From Phoronis australis (taxonomy: Eukaryota > Animalia > Phoronida): a stretch of DNA of 64,000 nt. Location of the stretch: positions 137,452-201,451 of the forward strand of contig NMRA01000318.1 in the NCBI GenBank assembly GCA_002633005.1, read 5' to 3'. Below the pieces are notes generated by a model. That model ran no database searches. It was given only the letters and a program-made list of their open reading frames with translations, and was not told the origin of the DNA. Of the stretch, positions 37,066-49,961 are shown one piece after another; the stretch's first letter is position 1; each line of letters begins with the position of its first letter. The translations under genes and the position numbers were made by a program.

Positions 37066-38221
37066 AACTTTGTGCAAACATTTTCTTAAAGGTGGGAAAC
37101 GGAGAATTTGATTTTTGACTTCATACCAACTTGAAACCGTTACATCCGCTTGGGTCTCGTGATCGTATTATTTAAGCAAAAAGAATGTAGGCCCTACATT
37201 CAAAGCCAAACCTCGACATCAATAACATTTGACCAAATTTCGTTTGATATAATGTCCATTAGTTAAAATCTCAAAAACGCAGTTCAGCACACTCTACATT
37301 ATCACTCCCTTAAGTTATGTGAAGAGAAGTGACATTTTTGATAGCCTCTCAAGTATAAGTGGAACATTTTAAAAATTAATCCCATCATAGTTTAGAGAAC
37401 GTTGCAAAAGCATAAAATCTAAAAGTTCCAGATGAGCTCAAATCAGGCCATTCTGAGATATCTCGATTGTAGCCAAATTTGGACATTTTTCTGGGGTCTT
37501 GCATAACCGTCCAATCACACGCTCGAAATTTTACGTTCGTTTACAACTGCACGTGTCAAAAACAGCAAGACTTCGGATATTTTATGCTTAATATTGACCG
37601 GAGTGGAAAACATGTTAAAGCTGCACTTTCCGTGTTCAGCTGACGAAAAACGAAAATCAGATTAGACTTTTTACCGACTCTCACAAAATTAGTCTCTGGC
37701 TGATCACAGCGTGATACTAATACATTTACGTTAGCAACTCAAATTACTGACAATGAAAATATGCGTCTCTATAACATTTTCGAATTTGCAATTTTAGGTT
37801 TGGCTAAACCCAATAAACTCCGGGACGCTTTCTAAATCGAAGATGTTCTTGTTGGTAACGAAATGGAATTCTATGCCAGTAAGAATTATCATGGGACCGC
37901 TTTTGTGAGACTATGAAGCTTAACTTCATTTTGGTGTTTTGCCAGCCAAAGAGGACGAACTGCAGCTTTATCTGTGCTCTCGCAAGATTACCCCTTGTAA
38001 CCAATGATACAAATAGGGGGTATAAAATATGAGCCAATAAAAAGGGAAATCACTCAAAATTCAAACCCACACCTAAGTCATTCCCACAGACAGGAAGATG
38101 TCCAGGCCTATCCGATAAGAAACTCATCATCACCATTCATACATGTATGAAGTGTGTCATATTAATGAATTAGCCGCGTCTGAGTGATATCATTTTTATT
38201 ACAGATTTTAGCTTTTAATTT

Positions 38222-38279
38222 TATCATCATCATCATCATCATCATCATCATAACCATCATCATCATCATTATTATTATT
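38222..38279. repeat. (CAT)n/(ATT)n microsatellite
   Basis: Directly visible. Confidence 0.9.
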
Positions 38280-39699
38280 GAGTTGGCATCAATTTGATAG
38301 TTCAAAGATCAACGTGTTTTCAAAGGTCATAATTTCTTTCTGCAGATCATTTCAACTTCAAATCACGGAAATTTGATGTTAGCAAATTGGATTTTTCAGG
38401 ATTTACGCATTAAGTACCTGGCAATTTCTGTCATGTGTTAGAAAAATTTCTTAGTCGTTAATGAGTCAAAATAATTGAATTGATCTCAAAGCTACCTATA
38501 AAGGCTAACCGTTAGAGTGACGCTGTCGAATGAGTCGCATTTCAAAGGAAAGCCATCACCAATATTCAATTCAACGATTACACGACTGAGACAATTCAGT
38601 TAAAATCCTGTCAAGTAATAAGTTAATTATAGATTATAGCTGACACACGATATGTCATATTTCGCTCCTATACAAAGTCACTATTCATCGAGAGATGACG
38701 GTTAGTCATAAGACATTCGCACCTCATACAGTTTGTATAGAAGGTTTGGCAGTTTGCCAATAAGCCGTATAGAAGTAATAACGACATGAACTAAGTTATA
38801 AAAAAACACTTCAAGTGAGATTTTTAATTCAAATAACAGATAATTTAATTTGAAAACTGTTGATTTTGCATTGAATTTTCGTTATTTTGACATTTGATCA
38901 TTGCGCGTAATATCAAATTGCACAATGACGACGTATTAAACAATGAATAAATGAATAAATCTTTATTTTAAGTATTTTGCCTAAGAAGCACCCAGCCTCG
39001 ATGAGACTTACAATACTGTTGCAATTACACGATAATTAATTAATAACAACATAGAAGAATATGGAAGAATCTTTTATACAATACAGAAGCAGTTTCACAA
39101 TAATCAATTGATAACACGATGAAAAACATGGAAGGATCTGTGAGACATGCCACTGGTAGATAACAGGAACAGGAAATGATAGTTAGTTACGAAACAGTTG
39201 AGTGCAAATTTAATTTCCGGGTTGAAAAAGTATCCCTGAGATATTTAGCTAAAGAACGTATGGTACTTTCATTAGAAATCATGAGACATAAATTTCACCG
39301 TTCAAGAATGATTTGGGGTCTAGGATAAATGTAGTGTGAAAAGCACCACACGTTTTTTTCTTTAATATTGTCATTTATTAGCGGTGAAGCAAAAACTGAA
39401 ACAGTAGGCAAACGCGAGTGTAGACACATATTATGAATTCATTAAAGAAGAAACTATTTGTGTTCGGTTGTTCACATCAACAAAGTATTGTTCACAATCA
39501 CAACAACATAACAAAATCGCCATCTAGTGAAATGCAGCGGAGTAAGCGTGATACTGAAATTGGCGCGCTTTTAAGAAAGTCAAATTGTACATTCTTAAGT
39601 GACGCTGAAATAGTTCAAAAATGATCTCCGTGAATTCTTATTTTTTGTTACTTCGCAGAAAAGACGAGGAGTAATCGAAATAAAATATAAAATAAAAAC

Positions 39700-39833
39700 G
39701 GGGGACATGGCCCCCTTAAAATTCTCCCAGATTCCATTTGGCAGTTCGGGGGTGCGAATTTCTGACGGGCTAATACACTGCCCTGCCTCACCCCCGCCCC
39801 CCCCCCNCAACTCAAAATCTGGATCCGCCCCTG
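39700..39833 (+). mobile_element. Truncated GGCGGATC-type MITE
   Basis: AAAATTCTCCCAGATTCCATT.G.CAGTTCGGGGGTGCGA is shared with 51895-52053; terminus GGATCCGCCCCTG. Confidence 0.7.
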
Positions 39834-40945
39834 GATGCCAAGCGCTTAAAGTTCAGGTACTCAAAATCTAGAATATAAACAGTGAGCTACGCCTAAATAA
39901 GAAACTCAGTAAGCCGGGGAAGAGAGACAACAGATAGATACTATGTTTATTAACTTAGTTAACCATTAGTAAAATACAATAAAAGCAGTATTTTGTATAT
40001 ATTTGTATGTAAGCCGGAGATCCTCAAAGGCAAATCCGCTTCACTGAGGTCCACCGGAGTGCACAAAACAATACAAATAAGCAATAGAAATGTAAGAAGA
40101 TTATTATGAGCATGCCAAATGACATCGTGTGAATTTCGCAAGCTATTGTTTAACTTCCGTAAGCGCGTCGCATGGTTATCGTCAATGGGACGCTACCAAT
40201 GTTTTCCTTTGTTACGTCTTTGTTATATAACTGTACAGGTCGCACGGATATCGTACCTTGGGTGCACATCAGCACGTTACTTATAAATGCTTACCATTAT
40301 CTTTATTATAAGAAAGAAAACCAAGTGAGCAATAGCTACGCTTATCTACCGATATCTATGTGACGAGCTTGCGACATAGTTTGGACATACGTTGAAAGAC
40401 TGAACTATGGTATCAGTAGAATAAAAACGCTTTTAATCGTTTATACTTAAACGTGTATTATTTGTTTAAAAATAGATATATAGATATATAAAGCCGTCAA
40501 ATTATAAAACTGACGTCGCATAAACTAATTCAAAATAAATTCTTTTTGAAAAGGATTTCAATTTCTAATTAAATTAGAGGTGGCTTTTCAGTAATCCATG
40601 TACGTTTCAAATTTTGCCAGAGGTGTCTTTCTTTAGGCGACTGTAACGGAAAGGTAATTCAGTGACCCACCACATTTTTGAAGATTTGTGGCAGGAAAAG
40701 ACTAAAACACAAAATATGCCGGGCCTACAGCATGTTATCAGATGTTTTGACATTGTTTCTAATTGACAAATTACCAGTGAAGATACTCTCAAAACCCAAA
40801 AAAGAATGTGCTCTATAACGTGCAATACACCAACTAGATATTGAAGCATACAGGACTCTATGAAAACTATTATTTCCTTTTTCTTTATATTAAAAACCCC
40901 ATGAAATGAATTTAACAACAAACTAAACAACAGCGTTACCATTCG

Positions 40946-41160
40946 CACACCCAGCGAGAAATATAAGGGGGTCTCGAATTTTCAGTATATGGACCTTTTA
41001 CTCAAAAAACGAGGACCAACAAAACGGGGTACTACGTTCAAACCTATGAATTGTGCATTCGCGCCGAATTCCGGTAGGCTTTTGTTTCGTTTTCTCGGAG
41101 TTTTTGTTTCTCGGAGGCCGACATTTTTGCTCACTTCGCCAAATTATGTTCTTTCAACAA
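40946..41160 (+). mobile_element. ~250-bp MITE family copy
   Basis: Same family as 5254, 47222 and 54200. Confidence 0.65.
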
Positions 41161-41447
41161 GTAAGGCTAGGAAAGAATATGATTTTGGCCTGTTTGTTTT
41201 TGAAAATTGAGTCGCTGGTGCTGTATTTTTTCTCACCCACTTTTCGAAAAAGAAAATCCACCTGAGACGAGAGGAAATGATGCAGAATTCGTTTATTTTG
41301 CTCAATTCAAACCAGCTTTGGAACTGATGACAGTCCTGTCAGTCCTCGTAAAGATTTTCTTTAACCCTATTGGTGGCAACAAACATGGAAATGGCATTAC
41401 CAACCAATAAGTAGCCAAATGGCGACCAAATTGTCCTTTACCGTATA

Positions 41448-41774
41448 GCCGCGCCTTTAGGCCCATGGGCTTATATTCTGTGGCCTTCTTCCCCCAAGTG
41501 GTTCGCATATTGGCGCATGCGTCTGAGTTTCGCAAATAATCCCTGGTAATGTCCCCTGCACAGGCCCATACATTAATTCGCACATAGGCAAACCCGTTTT
41601 CTATGCAAAATCGAGTTGCTTTTCATGGACAAAATTTAAACGTATGACCGCGCCTTTAGGCCCATGAGCCTGTATCTGAAATAATGCTTTTTTCGTGCCC
41701 TTTTTTACCAACGTGGTTTGCATATCGGCGCATGCGAAGCTCCGCACAGACGCCCATGGGACTAATAGCGCGGC
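41448..41774. mobile_element. MITE with ~23-bp TIRs and a duplicated left end
   Basis: GCCGCGCCTTTAGGCCCATGGGC ... GCCCATGGGACTAATAGCGCGGC; a related right end lies at ~31085-31117. Confidence 0.7.
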
Positions 41775-44700
41775 AAAATGGTAATAGAATAGTCTGGATT
41801 TCGCCAACAAAAAGATTCGCATGCGATTCATAACCATGCAACACGTCACTCGAACGATAATTCAATTGCATATCTGTCAAAAGGCAAGTTTAGAACTGTT
41901 CGTACTTGCAAGCCGTCACGTGTTACCTGCACCCAAGTGCAGTGAATTTTGAAACTGCTCCTGCCGAGGATTAGTCGACGTTGTGTTTATGCAGCTGTCT
42001 CAGAGGTACCGGTCGGTACACATTGTTTGTATTTGTACCTGTTACAGGCAGGAGCGAAACAAGTGATTTTGTTTCGGGGGCCAATGTGCGCGATAAAGGA
42101 AAGTAATTTTAATGTCCGAAGGACTTGCATCCAAGGGAACAGATCTAAAGAATAAAAACGCGAGAAAATAGTTATGGTTCAGTTGTCATTACATTTCAGT
42201 ACGCGACCATTTGAAATTAGTAATTTCGAAGAGGCTCTGCTTCAGATACCATCCGGAAGTATGACGTACACTAGAAAGGTAAACCCGTGTATATGTCGGA
42301 GGAGGTCGATTCGGAAATGATCAATACTGCACATTTGTTCTTTTCTTTTCAACGACGAGCTCTTCTCTTTGTACTCTTCACAAAACACTGACATCGCGGC
42401 CGTTTCTTCAAGTTCTCGCGAGATTCTATACAAATTGATGTTTAGTTCCTGCATATCCTGAAAGAAATAAGATCAATGTTTTCAAAAGAAACAAGGCGCT
42501 TTTGAAAAAAATCCGACAGATTCGCATGAACTAAACTACCCAGAAAACATCGACAGTCGTTGTGAAAAAACTAAAGATGGTCTGATTATAATGCCACGGA
42601 TAATTTGTCAACCTAAACAGATCCATTAGTTGTGATGTAAGTAATATAGGTTCATCAAAGGATAGCGACGGTTTAATGCGCTCGCTTTCTTTGATCGAAA
42701 CCATGTAAATAACGACTTTAATATAACACAGACGGCTCATCAATTGTATTAGTCTAGCGTTCAGACCTTCGTCAAGTCAGGTTTTCTTCAAACTTGTAAA
42801 AAATGTACATGCACCGGCCACAGTAATCTTAATCAAGCGTACGTCATGAATACAAAATGGCGAATCTTGTCACAACACGTCATGTCATGTGTCAGAATCA
42901 GTTTTGATTAGCGAATTCAACACATAAAACGCATTCATGTAAGTATTGTCTAAACAAAATAATTAAAAAAATACTCGCAACAACAATCGGATAATGATGA
43001 TTAAAATGACAACAGCAACAAAAAACAACAACCACAAGATCATCAAAATAACAAACATACGGCGTTTTATGTATTCAATACTAGCTTTTTAAGGTCACCC
43101 TTTCCTACAACTTCACCAGTTTAAAACACAGAACCTGCATCAACAATCGAGAGGTATCCTTAAAATAGGAGAATTTCGTAACTTAGGGTCCTGCACGTAT
43201 TTACGTTTTTAGCTGAAAGTTATAAAAAAGTGAAATTCAATGCCGTTCAAGTGTGGCAGCCATTTTGTAGGTGCACCACCAGAAATTCAAAAGATATTTT
43301 CAAAATACCACAATGACATTCTGTTTAATACACGATAGTGTGTACAGCATTATAACAAAATAACTAACATGGAACTGCATGTTTGGCAGCCGGAACGAGG
43401 TTACCATCTACTGAAAAATGCTATATTGCTGGCGGAGGTGTGCATAAGCATCACAGACCAACAAAAGTGCAGTTCGTCTTTATCATAGTTCATATAACAG
43501 AAAACGCAAATTCTATTACAGTAATATATTTTGTTGTGCTTTCCTGTTTCCAAAATAGCTCGAAATCAAATCTGGCTTTGGCGTGATCATGAATGTGGCC
43601 GAACTTCAACGATTCTCGAAAGAACGAGGCTGGCTGAAAATGTTTACGTCATTGGGATATTTACCTGGGCCCGGTCTCTAATCTTTGTACTCGAAACGAA
43701 CTCGAAACTATTTTTGGCAATTTCTCTGCTCGTTTTGTGCGAACTTAAAAAAATTGGTTATCAGACTGTGCTCGAATACATTATAGTTTATGCATAGGAG
43801 TTTCTAGTTCAAGTTTGCCCTTAAAGACCCTTATATTCGTGCTACAAACTCGAGTAAAAACTCGAAATTTCGAGTTCAAACTCGAACTTATTGCTTTAAT
43901 ATTGGGTTTACAAACTGTGAACTAAGGGCAATAAATTTTCTACGTAAGTTATTGTGTACTCGAGCATAGAATAATAGACACTTATCTTGTGTTCGCCCAA
44001 AAGTAGAGTAGAAAATGCCAAACCTGGACTTTCCGATATTTATTAAATCAATAATCAAAATGATTTCAGTAGAAGACACAATATAAATAGGCCTGTCCCT
44101 TCTAGATCCTTAAATGACATGGTCCTGTGAGCTAGACCTAAAGCATAGTACAATGTATTTTCATCCAAATTGTGATTTTTGGACGCCTGAACACAAATTC
44201 CAGTCCAATGACTGTGAAACTGCATAGAAATTAACCATACATAAGTGTTACAGAGTACACGGGTCTTAGCCCACCGGGGCACTCCACCATTTTAACATTG
44301 GTGCTGCTGGCAATTAAGGACATCTCTTTCAGAGAGTCGGACACCAATGTATTGCACAATTAAAATTGACTCCACAACACAGTACTGTGGTAATAGTTCA
44401 CCCCACAAAACGCACATAACTTAGCAAGTTATAATTGTCATGTTAGATTTTGGAAGCGGATTTGGTCATTTAGGAAAGCGAGTTTTATCATGGTGCCGAC
44501 TGGCCGAGATCATTTGAACATTTTTGAGACTCAGCGAGAGATTTTAATCTGTTAAGTAGTCGAGGACTGGAAATGTTCAATGCTTCTTCAAAATCAAATC
44601 AGATTTACGCTTAACTTCAATCAAATGAAAGCGTGGATGTTAAGTTATTTCTGGAAGACGGAAGAGGAATGGAAACCCACCGGTCGTCTAATAAAGCCCG

Positions 44701-44929
44701 GCATTTCTGGAAATGTTTAATTCGCCTCGCATGTCATTCGCAAATGCTTCTTCTAGAGAGGCTACTCCCCAAGGTGCTTCGGCCCTTTGCTTTTTTATCA
44801 CGTACACTCAGGGGATTAGCACTGGGCTTTTTTCACGCCGGCTTTGTTCAACAATACACCACCAGCGTCAACTATACTGTGCCTAGCAACGAAACAATTG
44901 ATTAGGCAGATTAGACGGTTCTCTAATCC

Positions 44930-46210
44930 GACTCCTGATTGGTCATCAAAATGATGTCAACTAATAACTCACTTGCGAGTTTCTCGTTAGTCAACGTGAC
45001 GTCACCGGAAAAGGGGCAAAACCCGCCATATTGCTCTTGTTTGGCCCCGAGTCTTTGCTACACACGCTAAATTTTACTGGAGTTCTTATGGTGAATTTTA
45101 CGCTTAAAACGTTAACATAACTTAAAAGATGGTAGATGGATCGTGGAATAAATGTGAATTGACGAAGAAAATGTGAACTTGTTATGTTGTGCGAAGCTGT
45201 GAACGGACTGAAATTGGAACTCAACCCGGTCTAGGCCTGAATGCTGCATGCAGGCATACAAGGCCGATAGTTTATCCCCATAAAAAGTTACTCACTTCAA
45301 AATACAGCAAATAAAATCAAATGAAACATACATATGCGCACATGGAGTTATAATTAATTAACACATACCCTGACTCTGGATACAATTTAGTCTACAAATA
45401 ACTTGAACCTATCCATGAAAACCTCGCGGTTCGCTCAAGTTTCTCTCACAGGGCGCCATTTTGAGGAAGTTACGTGAAATCACAAACAATAAGTCCAAGG
45501 AACACAAATCTTACAAATTCACTTAATATGTTCTCATGTTATTTTGCAAGTGTCACGCGCCAGGTCTCGCGCTTCACTCAGTCTCGCGCTTCACTCAGTC
45601 TCGCGCTTCACTCAGTCTCGCGCTAGCCTTTGCCTCATACTCGCCTGACCAGTTGAACTACTTTGTGGTTATCGCGCGCGCGGTTTAAGTTAACAGTAAC
45701 CACAATGTGGAGTTTGAATTCTTCGCCAAAGTCACCTGAATTCCCGTAGCTATGCTTCATCGAAGATACGTTTAGAAGCAGAAAGGACCACTGGAGAAAG
45801 TACGCACCTTTTTAGGTGACACCTATCAGGTCAGTCAATCCACGTGACTTTCCAAGAAAATCTATACAGTAAGAACTTGACCGTGTTTTCCGCTTACGGG
45901 AAGACGACTGCGCGATGGAGGCCGGAAATATAACTGCTAGTGAGGTCACTGTCTCGGTGTGTTTGCTTTGACTATACTGAATAGGCGATTTATAGGAAAA
46001 CCCCAAAACACACTATATTTTGCAGTTTTATCGCTCTATAATGAATTCTAATAACTGATGTCGATTATAACCCCAAAAGACTTTTTAACCGTAAAACTGA
46101 ATGACTTTTGTCTTTTTCAATGGAACAAATGCATCCGTGTACGATTAGTTTCTTTCCCTAAGGATTCTTGCTTTAGAAACCGCACACATTCCTGAACTAC
46201 AAGTCCCGTG
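44930..46210. promoter_or_regulatory. CpG-rich promoter-like region
   Basis: GTGACGTCAC (CRE, ~44996), CCGGAA (ETS), YY1-like CGCCATATT and CGCCATTTT, ATTGG, and ZNF143-like ACTACAAGTCCC (~46196). Confidence 0.4.
45564..45624. repeat. Perfect 17-bp tandem repeat (GTCTCGCGCTTCACTCA) x3.6
   Basis: Directly visible. Confidence 0.92.
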
Positions 46211-47040
46211 TACCGGGAAGGACGTTTTATCGCCTGGGTTTACAATCATTACATTTTACTTGTTCTATTATACATGTACTTTCGTCCTGTACCTCAAAGA
46301 TATACTGTGTTTCTTTGTATAAATGTTTCGCATGCACAGTCATGACGACATGTCAAAGATCGAAACTTTGTAGACGATTAGCGTAGTCTTTTCAAAGCAA
46401 AATTGCACCATTAAATTATGAACCAGCGAATCTGGTCGAAATTCTTAGAAACTATCTTCAAAAATGTATTGTTTTCCGTGGTGATATAATGCATAATTAA
46501 TCACCAAGTCAACTGTCGATATTTTCAGTCACAAAGTCTAAAACGATTTCTGCTAAATTTACTTTCCCGTGTTTCATTTTGTTCAAAACTGTGTCTTGAA
46601 AATGAAAAACTTTTCTCACCTTTTATGCTCTGTTGTATGTACAACGTATGAAAAACCGTGCATTGGATCACAGTATTATGAGACTTCGAGCTATCGAAAC
46701 CGAGACTGCAACCAGGTATGAGTCTACTGTGCGACACGACGGTGAAAATGGGATTTTCATTAATATTTACCTTGATCGAGATAAGGTCTTTATAAGATCG
46801 ATCTTACATCTTAATTCAATAAGAGTTACAAGCGGAAGTCGTAACCGAGTGGTTCTCTTCCATGGATCCTATTTCGCGCTCGTATTAGAGGATCGCACAA
46901 AAATCGATGACAGATTACCAGCCTAAACTCTTAATGGGTCGCGCCTCAATGTTTCTGATGCACTCGCAAAACTCACGCGCTACGATGAGTCTGCCGATGT
47001 AATTAGTGACGCTATCTTTGTCATGATTTACAAATATGCA

Positions 47041-47139
47041 GCCAATCGACGGAATGTCTATAAAATCTGATCAACTAGAGGTGTTGAGACAGTTCCGAGC
47101 GCTACGGCGCTATTGAAACGTAACCACCACAAGGTAAGT
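47041..47139 (+). promoter_or_regulatory. Putative Pol II core promoter and short non-coding first exon (~47091-47133)
   Basis: CCAAT at 47042, TATAAAA at 47059-47065, Inr-like CAGTT about 32 nt downstream, and a consensus donor AAG|gtaagt at 47133/47134. Confidence 0.5.
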
Positions 47140-47221
47140 GAACGCACCGCGTGTCCATGCATAACTGTATAAGAAAATGCGCTCAGCAGGATGGATCGGT
47201 AAAATCACGTTTTCAGATAAT

Positions 47222-47450
47222 TATGCATGCACCCAGTCTAAAAAACGGGGGCTCGAATTTTTGACAATGTGGACCTTTTACTAAAAAACAGGGTACGTTC
47301 ACAGCTAGGAATTGTGCATTCTCCGACTTTAGGTAGCTCCTGCCTTATTAGTGGACTTTTGTCACGTTTTTTACTTTTTTAGACTTTTTGGTTCTTTGAG
47401 GCTGACCTTTTTGCCCACTTCGCCAAATAGGGGGGCTCGTTCGAGCCATG
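47222..47450 (+). mobile_element. ~250-bp MITE family copy
   Basis: Same family as 5254, 40946 and 54200. Confidence 0.7.
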
Positions 47451-48295
47451 ATAATAGGTTGGAAAATACACTGTAAACGCAAATGGATTATTTTACATTT
47501 GTCAAACAATTCGCGCATTTTTATAGCTTGTAAATATGATTCTTGGACCAATTTTCGTCACGTATAATTCACGACTTGCGTTAAATTTCATCTGCTGCAA
47601 TAAAACTCTTAGCATTTGTTGCAAGGATCAAGACACTTTGTAAATATCAAATCATCGACTTATTCGGCAACTAATTCGGACACAAAAAGTTTTCGTCGTT
47701 TAGTTAACTATATTTTAAGTTTATAACTAACTTTGAAGAAGGTTGCGCAAAACAAAAAAGGAAAAATAACAATGGCAGCATCTTCTTCGTGTGTTTTCTT
47801 CAGTGACAAATGATATGCAATTGATACCGACGCAGTTGTTTACTTATGAATGTACCTTTCATTAGTTGCTAAACTGTACTTAAAACATAACTACGGGACT
47901 CCCAAAATGGTAATCCGTGGAATGTTATTCTACACACTTTTTGCTTTCAGGCAATGAATAGACCTGTCCTAGACTGAGTTAAATTCTATAGTGTCGTTGA
48001 TTGATGGCTAAATATATTCGCTACTTAAGGTTATGAAGTTTTATTCACAAGTAAAGTTCCACATGAAAGGGGTATTATCGTTTTTACTGCCGAAAAAGTT
48101 TTTGAGATGTTGGGTGGAATAACCTTTTCGATTTTTTTAATTTTCACCATAGTTATACGAGAATAAAATCTGTTGTGTTTTTGATATTTTATTGCAGTTC
48201 GCCGTCAATTCTCACTTTTGTCCGTCAGCCATTTATTGAAATCAAGGCCTGTGGCTTTACCACCAATTTGCTTACAAAACGCTGTAACTTGTCGA

Positions 48296-48370
48296 GAGGG
48301 AGTTAGCTCCCGGGCAGACAACCAGTGATCTGCGACCGCAAAGGTTCCCGGTTCGAATCCCACCGATGAC
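48296..48370 (+). mobile_element. tRNA-like SINE head
   Basis: TAGCTC..GG A-box-like motif and GGTTCGAATCCC B-box; acceptor stem not intact. Confidence 0.45.
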
Positions 48371-49002
48371 GTCATGTTAAAGTTGCCTAAAACGCACTTG
48401 TTTTCAACATAAAAACACGCTTAGGATGTAGACAACTTGTAACATACTGTCGGGACGTATCGCATTGAATTCATTTATTATACCCGTCACACTGGTGACT
48501 TCATTATTTGCAGTCATCACATTGACCGCTTGATTGTCTCTAATCTGTTCTAGTGTAATTAACAGTGCATAAATTATTACAACATTCACGAAACCACTTC
48601 AGTTGAAAGCAAAACGAAATTGTTCAATAAATCATTATGCAAAAATCAACGCGTGGGTTTGTTTACCTTCACGTGTGAGTATTCTTAAAATGAGACTGTG
48701 TGCGCTTTCGTCGGCCCAAACTGAATCTGCAATTTCAAATTAAGACTGGAGAGATTTGAAATAATGATTATATGCTCTCCGCCTCGGCAACACTAGTACA
48801 ATCGTAAAAAGTATCGAACGTAATTGGGGTGACTAAATTTTTAGTGAATTAGGTTACGATCTGTGAGAATAATTTCTTTCATATAGTTCATTATTCAGAG
48901 CAGCTTCCATAAGATTTGCGCGCTTTTGACTTATTAGCGAGCCCAACAGGAACTTCATTATGCATAAGGTGGCGTTGGGAAAATGGAACCCTACTCATTT
49001 TC

Positions 49003-49961
49003 CTGAGTGCCGTTAGGTGGTAGCCAGCACGCAGGTATCACTAAATTTTCCTCGGGAAATTTTTTTACACCGGCGTTTCTGATTGGCTGGTCTAATTCTC
49101 AACAGGCAGCGCTTTCGCAAACAAACTGGCATGGCTTATGGAGGAAGTGCAAATGTGGTCTGTTGTACAGACAAATCGGTGCTTAAAATTCATGTTCAAG
49201 AAATGTGAATCCAAGACTATTGTGATTGCACCTTTTTGGAGTGCATCTTTCTACTGTTGCTAACTTTTGTTTATGTTGCTGCCCTGTATTCATACAGTAT
49301 GAATAGCACACTAGTTAATCGGCCCGCAAATGACGGTGTGTTTAGTTGTATACGTATGTGCTTCAATCACGCCGCTACTAAACATTAGATCTACTGCAGA
49401 AACGCTGCTACGCCACTAGCCAGCACGCAGGTATCACGACGCAGTAGCTCGCGCTTTAGCATTGGTTGATGTAACCTCGGCAGCCATTGGTTAGCTTTAC
49501 AACAACGTGAAAAATGGCGGAATATGAACAATTTTTAGCCTTGTCATGCAAGTGGTGTAACAGCAACTACTTCGTTGCAGCAATGCTTAATAGTCGCGTG
49601 CTTGAAGCACATACATGTACAATAAATACGTATCTGACCGATTTAACCGGTGTGTTATTCATGCTGTGTGAATACAGGACAGGGATCGTAAACGAAAGTC
49701 ATCGACAGTAGAAAGATGCACTCCGAAAAGGCTCAACCACAATTTCTGGGATTCACATTTCCTGAACATAAATTTTAAGCACCGATTTGTCTGTACAGCA
49801 AACCACATATACACTCCCTCCATCAGTCATGCCAGTTTGTTTGCATAAACGCTGCCTGTTGAGAATTCGACCAGCCAATCAGAAACACCGGTGTAAAAAA
49901 AATTCCCGAGGTCGAAAATTAAGTGATACCTGCTTGTTGGCTACCACCTAGCGGCACGCAG
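49003..49961. mobile_element. ~960-bp foldback element with ~330-bp inverted arms
   Basis: 49003-~49335 is the imperfect reverse complement of ~49630-49961. Confidence 0.85.

Noticed and set aside
48296-48370. Functional tRNA genes at 48296, 54488, 32351 or 34157
   Set aside because: A and B boxes are present but the acceptor and anticodon stems do not pair; they are better explained as SINE heads.
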